DNA from: an uncultured Gammaproteobacteria bacterium
GTDB lineage: Bacteria; Pseudomonadota; Gammaproteobacteria; Steroidobacterales; BM003
DNA length: 64,000 nucleotides
Direction: 5' to 3'
Assembly (NCBI GenBank): GCA_963783695.1
Contig: CAWAOM010000001.1
Location: forward strand, 289,938 to 353,937
In this document: piece by piece, positions 39,631-52,566 of the stretch
Layout of the letters: every line of letters begins with the position of its first letter
Position numbering within the stretch: position 1 is the stretch's first letter
Position numbers and translations under genes: made by a program
The notes under the pieces: model-generated
What the model was told of the DNA's origin: nothing
The model's database searches: none
What the model saw: the letters and a program-made list of their open reading frames with translations, nothing else

Positions 39631-41882
39631 GCATGCTCAGCCCGGAACTGGAATTCTGTCTCAACGATGCGTTCCAGGGCGCTCGCGACCAACGTCATGA
39701 GTTTATTACCGTGGAGCATCTTTTGCTGGCGCTGACAGATGTGCCGAAGGTGATCGAGATTTTGCGCTCCTGCGGCTGCGACCTCGAGCGCCTGCGCCGC
39801 GATCTTGCCAAGTTTATCGATGAGCAGACTCCGCGTTTGGACGAAGAGTCCGAGCAGGAGGTACAACCTACGCTGGGTTTTCAGCGGGTCCTGCAGCGAG
39901 CGGTTTTTCACGTCCAGTCCAGTGGCAAGAAAGAAGTCACGGCAGCCAACGTCCTGGTTGCAATTTTCAGCGAAAAACAATCGCATGCGCTGTATCTTTT
40001 GAGCTCGCAGGATGTGGTGCGGCTGGATATCGTTAATTTTATTTCGCACGGGCTGTCGAAGATCGGTGAAAGCGCCACCACCACCAACGAATCCCAGGAA
40101 ACGGGTGGCGAAAGCGAAGGCAGTCCGCTGCAGCAGTTTGCGACAAATCTCAACAAGCTTGCGACCGAGGGGCGCATCGATCCTTTGATTGGCCGTGCGA
40201 CCGAGGTCGAGAGAACGATCGAGATTCTGTGCCGCCGGCGCAAGAACAATCCCCTCTACGTTGGCGACGCGGGTGTCGGCAAGACCGCGCTGGCCGAGGG
40301 GCTGGCGCGCAAGATTGTCGAAGGCGAGGTGCCGGCGCTGCTGTCCGACTGCACGATCTATGCGCTGGATATGGGCACGCTGCTGGCAGGGACAAAATAC
40401 CGCGGTGATTTCGAGAAACGCCTGAAGGGAGTGCTGGGCGAAATTCGTAACGATCCCGGTTCGGTATTGTTCATTGACGAGATTCACACGGTGATCGGTG
40501 CGGGAGCCGCCTCCGGCGGCGTGATGGATGCATCGAATCTGATCAAACCGGCGCTGGCCAGCGGCGAGTTGCGCTGTATTGGCTCGACGACTTATGAGGA
40601 ATACCGCGGCATTTTCGAGAAGGATCATGCGTTGGCGCGCCGTTTCCAGAAAATCGAAGTCGCTGAGCCGTCGGTGCCGGAGACCGTCGATATTCTCAAA
40701 GGGCTGCGCTCGCGCTTCGAGGAGCACCACGGCATCGAATACAGCGACGAAGCGCTGGCGGCGGCTGCGGATCTCGCATCGAAGCACATCAATGACCGGC
40801 GTTTGCCTGACAAGGCCATCGATGTGATCGACGAGGCCGGCGCCAACCTGCGGCTAAGCGGGGAGGGTACGGTGGTGGATGTGCCGCATGTCGAGGCCAT
40901 CGTTGCGAAAATGGCGCGTATCCCGCCGAAAAGCGTCTCGGTGTCCGATCGAGATGTGCTGCGCACGCTTGAACGCGATATGAAGCTTGTCATTTTTGGT
41001 CAGGATCGCGCCATTCGCGAACTGGCCTCGGCGATCAAGATGTCACGCTCGGGGCTTGGCGAGGATGAACGTCCGGTCGGCTGTTTCCTGTTTGCCGGGC
41101 CCACCGGCGTCGGTAAGACCGAGGTGACACGCCAGCTTGCCCATGCGCTCGGTATCGAGCTCGTTCGGTTTGATATGTCGGAATACATGGAGCGTCATAC
41201 GGTGTCTCGCCTGATCGGCGCGCCACCGGGCTACGTGGGCTACGACCAGGGCGGGCTCCTGACCGAGGCGATCAACAAGAACCCGCATTCGGTTCTACTG
41301 CTGGATGAGATCGAAAAGGCGCATCCGGAGGTTTTCAACCTGCTGTTACAGGTAATGGACCACGGCACGCTGACCGACAATAATGGGCGCAAAACCGACT
41401 TCCGAAACGTGGTTCTGGTAATGACTACCAATGCGGGCGCGCAGGAGATGAGCCGTCCGTCCATTGGGTTTACCGATCAGAATCATGCCAGCGACGGGAT
41501 GGAAGCGATCCGCAAGATGTTCGCGCCGGAGTTTCGAAATCGCCTCGATGCAATTATCCAGTTTGATTCGCTCGAGATGGAGACGATTGTGCGGGTCGTG
41601 GACAAGCTGGTCGTGGAGCTCGAGGCGCAGCTGGAGGAGAAAAACGTCACCATCGCGCTCAACGACGATGCGCGGCAGTGGATCGCCGAGCGCGGCTACG
41701 ATCCAAAAATGGGGGCGCGACCCATGGCGCGGGTTATCCGCGAACACATCAGGCGGCCGCTCGCCGAGGAACTGCTATTCGGCAACCTCACAGGCGGCGG
41801 GCATGTGACCGTGCGCGTGAACAACGACGACAATCTTGAGCTTGTCGCTCAGTCGCTGATCGAATCGGAGACGGTCGACTAG
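39627..41882 (+). CDS. clpA: ATP-dependent Clp protease ATP-binding subunit ClpA
   Basis: N-domain [33 protein letters not shown]. Two AAA+ modules (GDAGVGKTA and GPTGVGKTE). ATGA overlap with clpS (the alternative ATG at 33 matches the E. coli N-terminus better). Confidence 0.93.
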   Translation: MSMLSPELEFCLNDAFQGARDQRHEFITVEHLLLALTDVPKVIEILRSCGCDLERLRRDLAKFIDEQTPRLDEESEQEVQPTLGFQRVLQRAVFHVQSSGKKEVTAANVLVAIFSEKQSHALYLLSSQDVVRLDIVNFISHGLSKIGESATTTNESQETGGESEGSPLQQFATNLNKLATEGRIDPLIGRATEVERTIEILCRRRKNNPLYVGDAGVGKTALAEGLARKIVEGEVPALLSDCTIYALDMGTLLAGTKYRGDFEKRLKGVLGEIRNDPGSVLFIDEIHTVIGAGAASGGVMDASNLIKPALASGELRCIGSTTYEEYRGIFEKDHALARRFQKIEVAEPSVPETVDILKGLRSRFEEHHGIEYSDEALAAAADLASKHINDRRLPDKAIDVIDEAGANLRLSGEGTVVDVPHVEAIVAKMARIPPKSVSVSDRDVLRTLERDMKLVIFGQDRAIRELASAIKMSRSGLGEDERPVGCFLFAGPTGVGKTEVTRQLAHALGIELVRFDMSEYMERHTVSRLIGAPPGYVGYDQGGLLTEAINKNPHSVLLLDEIEKAHPEVFNLLLQVMDHGTLTDNNGRKTDFRNVVLVMTTNAGAQEMSRPSIGFTDQNHASDGMEAIRKMFAPEFRNRLDAIIQFDSLEMETIVRVVDKLVVELEAQLEEKNVTIALNDDARQWIAERGYDPKMGARPMARVIREHIRRPLAEELLFGNLTGGGHVTVRVNNDDNLELVAQSLIESETVD

Positions 41883-41911
41883 AAAGGAGGGCGCGCGCTG
41901 GCTGACTGCAA

Positions 41912-42130
41912 TCAGCGGCCGCGGTAGACGATTCGGCCCTTGGTGAGGTCGTACGGGGTCAGCTCTACCTTGACACTGTCACCGGTCAGGATACGGATAT
42001 AGTGCTTGCGCATCTTGCCGGAAATATGGGCGGTGACGATATGCCCGTTCTCCAGTTCGACCCGGAAAGTCGTATTGGGGAGGGTTTCGACAACCGTCCC
42101 TTCCATCGTTATCGCTTCTTCTTTGGCCAT
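41912..42130 (-). CDS. infA: Translation initiation factor IF-1
   Basis: [70 protein letters not shown] is near-canonical IF-1. The ORF-track N-terminal extension is rejected. Confidence 0.95.
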   Translation of the reverse strand: MAKEEAITMEGTVVETLPNTTFRVELENGHIVTAHISGKMRKHYIRILTGDSVKVELTPYDLTKGRIVYRGR

Positions 42131-42216
42131 TGAGCCTGTCTTAACTCCATACGCGAACGCGGGCGCATTGTGCATAGAGTCAGCGCGCAATGCAATGCCC
42201 GGCCATCTGTCGACTC

Positions 42217-42945
42217 TCAGCGGTGGCCGCAATCCGCCACTAAATCGCTGTTTCTTATATGCCACTGACGCCAGTTTCCGGGTTCCGGAGCAAGCGCGGT
42301 TGCAACCTCCAGAACCTCCACGAATTCGCTCCGCGGCATGTACGAGCAACCCAGGGTTTCGAGATGCGGCGATCCTACCTGGCAGTCGATCAACGCAAAA
42401 TCGCGGCTCTCGAGCGCGAGCGTCAGTGCGGCCAGCGCGAATTTTGAGGCATCGGTAACAAGACTGAACATGGATTCAGCGAAAAAAGCGGCGCCGATGG
42501 CCAGCCCGTAGACGCCGCCCACCAGTTTGCCGCCGTGCCAGATTTCGACGCTGTGACCATGCCCGAGTTCGTGCAGGTCCATGTACGCCCGGGCCATCTC
42601 TGCGGTAATCCAGGTGCCGCTGCCGCTGCGTCGCGGGCCGGCGCAATGCTGCAAGACTTCGCTGAAGCAGCGGTCGAAACTGATTCCAGGGTCCAGTTGC
42701 CGCAGCCGTCGCCGCGCCCGGCGGCTGAGGTGAAAGTTACCCGGGAGCAGCACTGCGCGCGGGTCGGGCGACCACCAGAGTATAGGTTGTCCGGCCTCAT
42801 ACCATGGAAAAATGCCCTGCCTGTACGCGGCCAGCAGCCGTGCACTCGACAGGTCGCCGCCGACCGCCAGCAGTCCGTCCGGTTCGCGCAGAGCGGTTTC
42901 AACCGGCGGAAACAGCGATGGATCGGTGCCAAGCCAGGGAATCAT
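42217..42945 (-). CDS. aat: Leucyl/phenylalanyl-tRNA--protein transferase
   Basis: [22 protein letters not shown]...[13 protein letters not shown]...ILWWSPDPR... is the typical Aat sequence. Start at MIPWLG (42945) forms an ATGA overlap with the upstream gene's stop. Confidence 0.9.
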   Translation of the reverse strand: MIPWLGTDPSLFPPVETALREPDGLLAVGGDLSSARLLAAYRQGIFPWYEAGQPILWWSPDPRAVLLPGNFHLSRRARRRLRQLDPGISFDRCFSEVLQHCAGPRRSGSGTWITAEMARAYMDLHELGHGHSVEIWHGGKLVGGVYGLAIGAAFFAESMFSLVTDASKFALAALTLALESRDFALIDCQVGSPHLETLGCSYMPRSEFVEVLEVATALAPEPGNWRQWHIRNSDLVADCGHR

Positions 42946-44096
42946 TGCGACTGCTTCGGTCCGCCAGACGGGGCGCTCTTGAATGGCAATGCGGCGCGTG
43001 CAGCCTCGATGTAACGGTCGACATGCAGCTCCTCCTGCCTGAGCAGCCCGGACAGCGCGTGATGAAAGCGAGGATCGCCAAGGCTGTGCATCGACCAGGT
43101 AGCACTCGGTTCGAAACCGCGGCTGATCTTGTGTTCGCCCTGGGTACCCGGCTCGAACAGATCGTAGCCGTTCTCTATACAGATCTCGATGCCCTGGTAG
43201 TAGCAGGTTTCGAAATGCAGCGCATCGTAGTAATCGGTGCAACCCCAGTAGCGTCCGAAGAGTTGCCGGGTGCCGGCGAAAAAGATCGCCGCGGCCACCA
43301 TTTCGCTGCCATTGCGGGCCATCACCGCCAGCACGGCATCGGCCATGGTACGGCCTACCTCCTCGAAGAATTCGAGCGTGAGATACGGCTGCCGGCCGCG
43401 GCGCAGAAAGCTGAGCGCGTGGAGTTCGTACAGGCGCTTCCAGTCCTGGGCCGTGATGTCGCTGCCCCAGCGCCGCTCGAGCGTGATGCCTGCCTCCTCT
43501 ACCTTGCGCCGTTCACGCCGGGTGTTTTTGCGTTTCTTGCTCGAGAAACTTGCGAGGAAATCGTCGAAATCGGAATAGCCGCGGTTGCGCCAGTGGAACT
43601 GGCAATCCTTGCGGCGCAGCATTCCGACGCTTTCGAATGTCGCCAGCTCGCCGGATGGCGGGAAGAGAATGTGCAGCGACGAGTAGCCGTGCTCACGCGC
43701 GAGGGCAATCGCAGCGTTGCCGAGTTCGGCGCGGACGGAATCGTGTTCCGGCCGTGCCAGGATGCGTGGGCCGGTCACCGGCGAAAATGGGACCGCGCAA
43801 ACCAGCTTCGGGTAGTAGTCGAGGCCGGCCTGCTGGTAGGCGCGCGCCCAGGACCAGTCGAACACGAACTCGCCCCACGAATCGTCCTTCTCGTACAAGG
43901 GCATTGCCGCGACGATATGGCCATCGTGTTTCGCAATCAGGTGACACGGACGCCAGCCGGTGCCGGGGCCAACACAGGCGTTGTGCTCCAGTGCAGCGAG
44001 GAACTCGTGGCGCACGAACGGGTTGTCGCCGCCCGCGACAGCGTTCCACTCCGCCGCGGTTACCTGTTCTACCCGCTCCAGGGTTTGGATTTCCAT
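42942..44096 (-). CDS. COG3146/DUF482 family protein (FemAB-like, GNAT-fold putative N-acyltransferase)
   Basis: ...WNAVAGGDNPFVRHEFLAALEHNACVG..GW.P.HL...PLYEKDDSWGEFVFDWSWARAYQQAGLDYYPKLVCAVPFSPVTGPRIL matches my memory of DUF482 proteins. 384 aa. Confidence 0.75.
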   Translation of the reverse strand: MEIQTLERVEQVTAAEWNAVAGGDNPFVRHEFLAALEHNACVGPGTGWRPCHLIAKHDGHIVAAMPLYEKDDSWGEFVFDWSWARAYQQAGLDYYPKLVCAVPFSPVTGPRILARPEHDSVRAELGNAAIALAREHGYSSLHILFPPSGELATFESVGMLRRKDCQFHWRNRGYSDFDDFLASFSSKKRKNTRRERRKVEEAGITLERRWGSDITAQDWKRLYELHALSFLRRGRQPYLTLEFFEEVGRTMADAVLAVMARNGSEMVAAAIFFAGTRQLFGRYWGCTDYYDALHFETCYYQGIEICIENGYDLFEPGTQGEHKISRGFEPSATWSMHSLGDPRFHHALSGLLRQEELHVDRYIEAARAALPFKSAPSGGPKQSQ

Positions 44097-44128
44097 GCGC
44101 CGGTCAACAGACCCTAGGCGCGTGCGGG

Positions 44129-45121
<993 letters not shown>

Positions 45122-45360
45122 TCAGAGTGCTCCGCACCGAATCGCGGTCGCGAAACGGGCTAAAATCCGGCTGCACAGTCTGCCTGAAACAAAGAGAAGT
45201 TGGCCAATTTTTGCCGGGGACACCGGAAGCGAGCTCGCCACGGTTGAGTCGAGTGCGCCGGGCAATTGCGGGGAGTAGTCGAAAAATGTGTAGACTTGTA
45301 GTGTTTTATTTTAATATGTTCAGATAGTTATGAATTTTTTCTTAGATACAGGATTATATT

Positions 45361-47673
45361 TTGGCTGCATCGACTGAATCAGGACCCGCGCTGCTCGGCG
45401 TATCGGTCAGGCGCGCGCTGCGAGAGGCCGCGCTGTGGGTGTTCGGGGGGCTTGCCCTGATGCTGCTCGCGGCATTGTTGTCCTACAGCGCCGACGATGG
45501 CGGGTTTGTCTCGACTGGCGGTGACGGCGATATCCGCAATCTGATCGGACCGGTCGGAGCATGGCTCGCGGATTTTCTGCTTGCCCTGTTTGGCCGCCCC
45601 GCTTACCTGTTTCCGCTGATGCTCGCCTATGCCGGCTGGCTGATGTTTCGGCCTCGCGCCGACGGTGAGATGCTGACCGGCAGCATGCTGGCATTTCGCG
45701 CAACCGGATTCGTGATCACGCTTGCAACGAGTTGCGGTCTGGCGACTCTGCATTTCGCGGCGGCCGGGTTGCCGGAGACGGCGGGCGGTGTGCTGGGCCA
45801 ACTGGTGGGTAACGGACTGGCCAGCGTGCTCAGCTTCCTCGGCGCAACGTTGCTGTTGCTGGCATTGTGGCTGGCGGGGGTTTCGCTGTTTATCGGTATG
45901 TCCTGGCTCGCCGTGATGGATTACATCGGCAAGGGGACGCTGTGGCTGGTCGAGCGCGGCATGGACGCGCTGCGCCAGGCTCGCGAGGCGGTGATCTCGC
46001 GACGGGCGAAAAAGGCGCGCGCAGAAGTCGTACAGAAAGAGAAGAAACGCACGGCCAAGCGGAGCCGCCCCAGGATCGAACCGGTCATAGCGTCTATCCA
46101 GACCAGCGAACGGGTTGAGAAAGAACGCCAGGTGCCGTTGTTCGAGGCGCCCGAGAAGTCGGAACTGCCACCGCTCAATATCCTCGACGATCCGCCGGAG
46201 AAGAAGGGCGGCTATTCCGAAGAGGCGCTGGAAGCAATGTCGCGCCTGGTGGAATTGAAGCTCAAGGATTTCAATGTCGATGTCGAGGTTGTGTCGGTGC
46301 ATCCGGGTCCCGTTGTCACCCGGTTCGAGCTGCAGCCGGCCGCCGGGGTCAAGGTCAGCCAGATAAGCAATTTGTCGAAAGACATTGCGCGGTCACTGTC
46401 GGCGATAAGCGTCAGGGTCGTTGAGGTAATCCCGGGCAGGTCCGTCGTCGGCCTGGAAATCCCGAACGAGGTCAGGGAACTGGTGACGCTCGGGGAGATT
46501 CTGCGCTCCCGCGAGTACGACAAGATGGCGTCGCCACTGGCATTGGCGCTGGGCAAGGATATCGGCGGACTGTCAGTCGTCGCGGACCTGGCACGCATGC
46601 CACATCTTCTGATCGCCGGCACAACCGGTTCCGGTAAGTCTGTCGCTATCAATGCGATGGTTCTCAGCCTGCTCTACAAGGCCACGCCGGAACACGTGCG
46701 GTTGATTATGATCGATCCGAAAATGCTCGAGTTGTCAGTCTACGAGGGTATTCCGCACCTGCTGGCGCCGGTCGTCACCGATATGAATGAGGCCGCCAAT
46801 GCACTGCGCTGGTGCGTGGCGGAGATGGAGCGGCGCTATCGCCTGATGGCCGCGCTCGGTGTGCGAAACATCGGCGGTTACAACCGCAAAGTGCGCGATG
46901 CGAATGACAAGGGCGAACCGATTCCCGATCCGCTATTCGTGCCGCCGGAAGTGCTCGATCCGGATACCGTGATAGAGCCGCCAGTTCTTCAGCCGCTGCC
47001 GTTCGTCGTTGTAATCATCGATGAACTGGCCGACATGATGATGATCGTCGGCAAGAAGGTCGAGGAGCTGATCGCGCGCCTGGCGCAGAAAGCGCGCGCC
47101 TCTGGCATCCATATGATCGTAGCGACCCAGCGGCCTTCGGTGGACGTCATCACCGGTCTGATCAAGGCGAACATACCAACCCGAATCGCGTTCCAGGTTT
47201 CGGCCAAGGTCGACTCGCGGACCATCCTGGATCAGATTGGTGCGGAGCATCTGCTGGGCCACGGCGACATGCTGTACCTGCCACCGGGCACATCGTTGCC
47301 GGAACGGGTGCACGGTGCGTTTGTCTCCGATCAGGAGGTGCACCGGGTCGTTAAGCAACTGTTAAAGAACGGTCGGCCAGAATATATCGACCAGGTACTG
47401 GAAGGCCCGGGCGTGCCGCTGCCGGGCCTGTCGCCGGCAGCATCCGGGGAGTCGGCCAGCGTGGACGCCGAGCAGGATCCGCTGTATGACGAGGCGGTGC
47501 GGATCGTGACAGAAACACGCAAGGCATCGATATCGGGAGTCCAGCGCCGGCTGAAGATTGGTTACAACCGTGCTGCGCGCATGGTCGAGACGATGGAAGA
47601 GGCGGGTATTGTCGGATCGCTGCAGTCGAACGGTTCGCGTGAAGTGCTCGCACCGCCACCGCCAGAGGATTGA
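45361..47673 (+). CDS. ftsK: DNA translocase FtsK
   Basis: N-terminal TM domain, linker, motor domain with Walker [12 protein letters not shown], gamma domain [31 protein letters not shown] start as in the ORF track (AGGA 8 nt upstream). Confidence 0.92.
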   Translation: MAASTESGPALLGVSVRRALREAALWVFGGLALMLLAALLSYSADDGGFVSTGGDGDIRNLIGPVGAWLADFLLALFGRPAYLFPLMLAYAGWLMFRPRADGEMLTGSMLAFRATGFVITLATSCGLATLHFAAAGLPETAGGVLGQLVGNGLASVLSFLGATLLLLALWLAGVSLFIGMSWLAVMDYIGKGTLWLVERGMDALRQAREAVISRRAKKARAEVVQKEKKRTAKRSRPRIEPVIASIQTSERVEKERQVPLFEAPEKSELPPLNILDDPPEKKGGYSEEALEAMSRLVELKLKDFNVDVEVVSVHPGPVVTRFELQPAAGVKVSQISNLSKDIARSLSAISVRVVEVIPGRSVVGLEIPNEVRELVTLGEILRSREYDKMASPLALALGKDIGGLSVVADLARMPHLLIAGTTGSGKSVAINAMVLSLLYKATPEHVRLIMIDPKMLELSVYEGIPHLLAPVVTDMNEAANALRWCVAEMERRYRLMAALGVRNIGGYNRKVRDANDKGEPIPDPLFVPPEVLDPDTVIEPPVLQPLPFVVVIIDELADMMMIVGKKVEELIARLAQKARASGIHMIVATQRPSVDVITGLIKANIPTRIAFQVSAKVDSRTILDQIGAEHLLGHGDMLYLPPGTSLPERVHGAFVSDQEVHRVVKQLLKNGRPEYIDQVLEGPGVPLPGLSPAASGESASVDAEQDPLYDEAVRIVTETRKASISGVQRRLKIGYNRAARMVETMEEAGIVGSLQSNGSREVLAPPPPED

Positions 47674-47687
47674 CGAACGGTAAGTGT

Positions 47688-48341
47688 ATGCATTCGATAG
47701 TGAAAAAAATGTCGTTGCTTGTGGCTTTGCTCACGATGCTGCCGGGCATGGCTGCGGCGCAGGATCTCGACCCGGAGCCGGGTTTTGCGCGGGTACGAGC
47801 GCTGACATCCGGGCTCGGGTCGATGACTGCACAGTTCCATCAGCAATTGCTGGATGCGGACGGGCAGTTGATCCAGGAAGGGCGCGGCACGTTGAGCATC
47901 CAGCGACCGGATCGCTTCCGCTGGCAGTACGCCGAACCCTACGAACAACTCGTGCTCGGCGATGGCGAGCGGCTGTGGTCCTACGATGCCGACCTGGAGC
48001 AGGCGGTGGTGCGCGGCTACGACGATGTTCTCGAAGCGTCGCCGGCGATGTTGCTGAGCGGCGCGCGCGATGTTGCTGAACTTTACGAAGTTGCCGCGTT
48101 ACGCAATGAGCAGGGCCTCGAGTGGGTCGTGCTGGCGCCGCGTGCGCGCGAAACCGACTTCAAGTTTCTCGGCCTGGGGTTCGCTGGAGACGAATTGCGG
48201 CGGATGGACCTGATAGACAGCCTTGATCAGCTGACCCGAATCGAATTGTCAGAGGTCAAAAGAAACCCGCCGCTGGACAGCTCGGTATTTGAATTCGATC
48301 CGCCCGCCGGTGTTGACGTGATTGAGCCGACGGATCCCTGA
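47688..48341 (+). CDS. lolA: Outer-membrane lipoprotein carrier protein LolA
   Basis: Signal peptide ...LLTMLPGMAAAQ, F.Q......G.L.IQRP.RFRW.Y..PYEQL...DG..LW.YD.DLEQ pattern. ftsK-lolA-rarA-serS synteny. Start uncertain (47670, 47688 or 47709). Confidence 0.88.
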   Translation: MHSIVKKMSLLVALLTMLPGMAAAQDLDPEPGFARVRALTSGLGSMTAQFHQQLLDADGQLIQEGRGTLSIQRPDRFRWQYAEPYEQLVLGDGERLWSYDADLEQAVVRGYDDVLEASPAMLLSGARDVAELYEVAALRNEQGLEWVVLAPRARETDFKFLGLGFAGDELRRMDLIDSLDQLTRIELSEVKRNPPLDSSVFEFDPPAGVDVIEPTDP

Positions 48342-48342
48342 C

Positions 48343-48729
48343 GTGCTGCCATTACGCTGGGGCAGGTGGTGGCTGATAGCCGGCTGGATCCTGATCCTGT
48401 CGGTTATCGTACTCAGTGTGATGCCGGGCGCCGCGGATCTGCGTATGAGCCTTTCGGACAAGACCGGTCACGTGCTGGCGTACCTCGTTTTGACGGTGTG
48501 GTTTGCCGGTGTGTATCGCAGGTCCCGATATCCGTGGATCGCAGCAGGCCTGATTGTTCTCGGCGGCGGACTCGAAATGGTGCAAAGTCAGTTGCTTCAT
48601 CGCAGCGCTGAATTCGCTGATCTGCTGGCGAATTGTACTGGCATCGCGGTGGGGATTTTGCTCTCCCTGGTTTTTCTCGGTGGCTGGTGTGTGCACGTGG
48701 AGCGGCTGGTCGGAGCTGATCGCAGATAG
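48343..48729 (+). CDS. VanZ-like small membrane protein
   Basis: About 128 aa with four hydrophobic segments. ...DKTGHVLAYLVLTVWF...E.VQ........ADLLAN..G motif is typical of VanZ. GTG at 48343 is preferred over the overlapping ORF-track start at 48322. Confidence 0.6.
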   Translation: MLPLRWGRWWLIAGWILILSVIVLSVMPGAADLRMSLSDKTGHVLAYLVLTVWFAGVYRRSRYPWIAAGLIVLGGGLEMVQSQLLHRSAEFADLLANCTGIAVGILLSLVFLGGWCVHVERLVGADRR

Positions 48730-48741
48730 GCAGATACGACT

Positions 48742-50127
48742 ATGACTGACAGCCGCGCACAGGGACATCTGGATATCGGTTCCGATAGTTCCGCTGGGGA
48801 GATAGCCGTTGCTTTCAGGCCGTTGGCGGACCGAATGCGCCCGCGCAGCATCGACGAATTTTTTGGTCAGTCACATCTGCTGGGCGATGGCAAACCGCTG
48901 CGGCGAATGGTGGAGGAGGGCAAGCTCCACTCGGCAATTCTGTGGGGACCGCCCGGGACCGGCAAGACGACTCTCGCGCGCCTGATCGCGGCAGCGGCGG
49001 ATGCCCATATTATTTCGCTTTCTGCGGTAATGGCCGGCGTCAAGGACGTCCGGGCAGCGGTCGCCGAGGCCAACGATGTGCGCGAGCAATGCGGCAAGGC
49101 GACGCTGTTGTTTCTCGATGAGGTGCATCGGTTCAACAAGTCGCAGCAGGACGCGTTCCTGCCGTATGTCGAGGATGGCACGCTGACGTTTATCGGCGCG
49201 ACGACCGAGAACCCGTCATTCGAACTGAACAATGCGCTGTTATCGCGTGCGCGAGTCTATGTGCTGCGCTCGCTGACGCCGGATGCGCTGCGCGAGATTC
49301 TCTCTGCTGCGCTGCACAGCGTTGACCGTGGTCTTGGCGGCGAGGCGCAGATTTCTGAAGACCTGATCGATCGCCTCGCGCAGGCAGCCGATGGTGACGC
49401 CCGGCGCTCGTTGAATCTGCTCGAACTCGCCGCCGACCTCGCAGAGGATCGGAATGGCTCGCGCGTAATTTCCGCGGCAGTGGTTACGGAGATAGTGAGC
49501 GGGGGTTACCGTCGTTTCGACAAGCAGGGCGACGATTTTTATGACCAGATATCGGCGTTGCACAAGGCGGTCCGGGGAACCGATCCCGATGCCGCTTTGT
49601 ACTGGCTGTGCCGCATGCTCGATGGTGGTTGTGACCCTCGTTACGTGGTGCGCCGCGTCGTAAGAATGGCCAGCGAAGACATCGGTAATGCGGATCCGCG
49701 CGCGCTGCGCATCAGTCTCGACGCCGCCGAAGTCTACGAACGCCTTGGCAGTCCCGAGGGTGAGCTTGCGATAGCGCAGGCAGTCGTGTTCCTGGCCTGC
49801 GCGGCCAAGAGTAACGCGGTGTACAAAGCCTACGGCGCGGCGCAATCGGACGTTGCCGAATATGGCTCGCTGGGAGTGCCAATGCATTTGCGCAACGCAC
49901 CAACCCGGCTGATGAAAGAACTTGGCCACGGCAAGGGTTACCGCTACGCGCACGACGAACCCGACGGCGTCGTCCATGGAGAGAAATACTTCCCGGACGA
50001 GATGGGTCCGCGTTCGTATTATCGCCCCGTCGCGCGCGGACTCGAGATGAAAATTAGCGAAAAACTCGATGCCTTGCGTCGCGAAGTCAGGAAACGGGGT
50101 TCCGGCGAGGACCCGGACAACCGATAA
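48742..50127 (+). CDS. rarA: Replication-associated recombination protein A (RarA/MgsA)
   Basis: [19 protein letters not shown], Walker [25 protein letters not shown]-terminal MgsA domain. Confidence 0.93.
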   Translation: MTDSRAQGHLDIGSDSSAGEIAVAFRPLADRMRPRSIDEFFGQSHLLGDGKPLRRMVEEGKLHSAILWGPPGTGKTTLARLIAAAADAHIISLSAVMAGVKDVRAAVAEANDVREQCGKATLLFLDEVHRFNKSQQDAFLPYVEDGTLTFIGATTENPSFELNNALLSRARVYVLRSLTPDALREILSAALHSVDRGLGGEAQISEDLIDRLAQAADGDARRSLNLLELAADLAEDRNGSRVISAAVVTEIVSGGYRRFDKQGDDFYDQISALHKAVRGTDPDAALYWLCRMLDGGCDPRYVVRRVVRMASEDIGNADPRALRISLDAAEVYERLGSPEGELAIAQAVVFLACAAKSNAVYKAYGAAQSDVAEYGSLGVPMHLRNAPTRLMKELGHGKGYRYAHDEPDGVVHGEKYFPDEMGPRSYYRPVARGLEMKISEKLDALRREVRKRGSGEDPDNR

Positions 50128-50159
50128 TCCCAACCTGCCGACCAATCAACCAGGGGTGA

Positions 50160-51440
<1,281 letters not shown>

Positions 51441-51499
51441 ACCGCCCCGGCCACTACTCGCAGCCCTGGTCGGCCCGGTTCGCCGTGCGAATCGCAGCG

Positions 51500-51537
51500 A
51501 AAAAAAAGCCCCGCTCAAGCGGGGCTTTTCTCGTTTT
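51500..51537. terminator. Bidirectional intrinsic terminator (serS / BI-1 gene)
   Basis: A8-gccccgc-tcaa-gcggggc-ttttctcgtttt. Confidence 0.8.
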
Positions 51538-51548
51538 GGGGTTTGCGG

Positions 51549-52232
51549 CTACTCGTCGCCCATTACGCCCAGTATGTGTAGCAGACTGGTGAACAGGTTG
51601 TATATCGACACAAACAACGTCACGGTCGCCATGATGTAGTTGGTCTCTCCGCCACGGACGATCTCGCTGGTCTGGAACAGGATCAATCCTCCCATTGCCA
51701 GCACAAACATGCCGGAGACGGCCAGCGACAGGGCCGGCATGTTGAAAAAGATCGCGATAAGCCCGAGCAGGAACGCACCGAGGATACCGATAGTCAGGAA
51801 GCCGCCCATGAAGCTGAAATCGCGGCCGCTTTTAATAGCGTAGGCGCTAAGCCCCACAAAGGTGGCTCCGGTAATACCAAAAGCCGTCATCACCACCTGA
51901 CCACCATTTGGCAGGAATTTCAGATAGGCGCTGATGATCGGGCCAAGCGTGAATCCCATGAACCCGGTCAGTGCGAAAATCGAAACGATACCCATGGTGC
52001 TGTTGCGGAATTTCGAGGTCAGGAACAGCAGCCCGAAATAGCCGACCAGGGTAATGACAAGACCGGGATGGGGCAGATTGAGCGCCATGGAAGCACCGGC
52101 CGTCAGCGCCGAAAATATCAATGTCGCCGCGAGCAACATATAGGTGTTGCGCAGGACTTTGTTTGTGCTGAGCGCAGACTCCGTAGCGGCGGTCGTGGTT
52201 GCCGTTGCGTAACGGGTGCGAACTGGTTCCAT
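51549..52232 (-). CDS. Bax inhibitor-1/YccA family membrane protein
   Basis: Seven hydrophobic segments. N-terminal ...NKVLRNTYMLLAATLIFSA... and C-terminal ...TLFVSIYNLFTSLLHILG... are typical of BI-1/YccA. Start at 52232 or 52256. Confidence 0.85.
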   Translation of the reverse strand: MEPVRTRYATATTTAATESALSTNKVLRNTYMLLAATLIFSALTAGASMALNLPHPGLVITLVGYFGLLFLTSKFRNSTMGIVSIFALTGFMGFTLGPIISAYLKFLPNGGQVVMTAFGITGATFVGLSAYAIKSGRDFSFMGGFLTIGILGAFLLGLIAIFFNMPALSLAVSGMFVLAMGGLILFQTSEIVRGGETNYIMATVTLFVSIYNLFTSLLHILGVMGDE

Positions 52233-52444
52233 CGAATCGTTCCTCCAGGGAATCAACGGGCCGGCATTAGCGCCGGCCCTGCATACAGACTAAATATACG
52301 GGCCGTGGTTCCAAATTCAAGGCGGCCTTGCGTCCAACGCGCAGGGCAGTCAGAATCGCCGCCCGAGTGTACACGGTTAACAGTCAGGGACTGCAGATAT
52401 TAAACAAAAATATTAAATACAATTCCTAACTAATTGAAATAAAA

Positions 52445-52535
52445 GGAGAGGTGGCAGAGCGGTCGAATGCACCGGTCTTGAAAACCGGCATCGGGTAACT
52501 CCCGATCGAGGGTTCGAATCCCTCCCTCTCCGCCA
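52445..52535 (+). tRNA. tRNA-Ser (anticodon UGA), class II with long variable arm, CCA encoded
   Basis: GGAGAGG acceptor pairs with CCTCTCC. The anticodon arm CCGGTCTTGAAAACCGG is identical to E. coli tRNA-Ser(UGA) as I recall it. Variable arm CATCGGGTAACTCCCGATC, T-arm GAGGGTTCGAATCCCTC, discriminator G plus CCA. Confidence 0.93.
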
Positions 52536-52540
52536 TACTA

Positions 52541-52566
52541 AAGAACCCGCGAAAGCGGGTTTTTTT
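52541..52566 (+). terminator. Intrinsic terminator of tRNA-Ser (aacccgc-gaaa-gcgggtt + T run)
   Basis: 7-bp stem, GAAA tetraloop, T-rich tail. The same hairpin recurs at the end of every 178-bp repeat unit. Confidence 0.85.

Noticed and set aside
39594-40787. 397-aa minus-strand ORF inside clpA; likewise 42804-44117 (+) opposite the DUF482 gene, 18489-19874 (+) opposite the oxidoreductase, 49240-50145 (-) opposite rarA, 50178-51194 (-) opposite serS, 37373-38248 (-) opposite the cyclase, and 45379-46302 (-) opposite ftsK
   Set aside because: All lie antisense to genes with clear family motifs and show the skewed Arg/Gln/His composition of GC-rich antisense frames.
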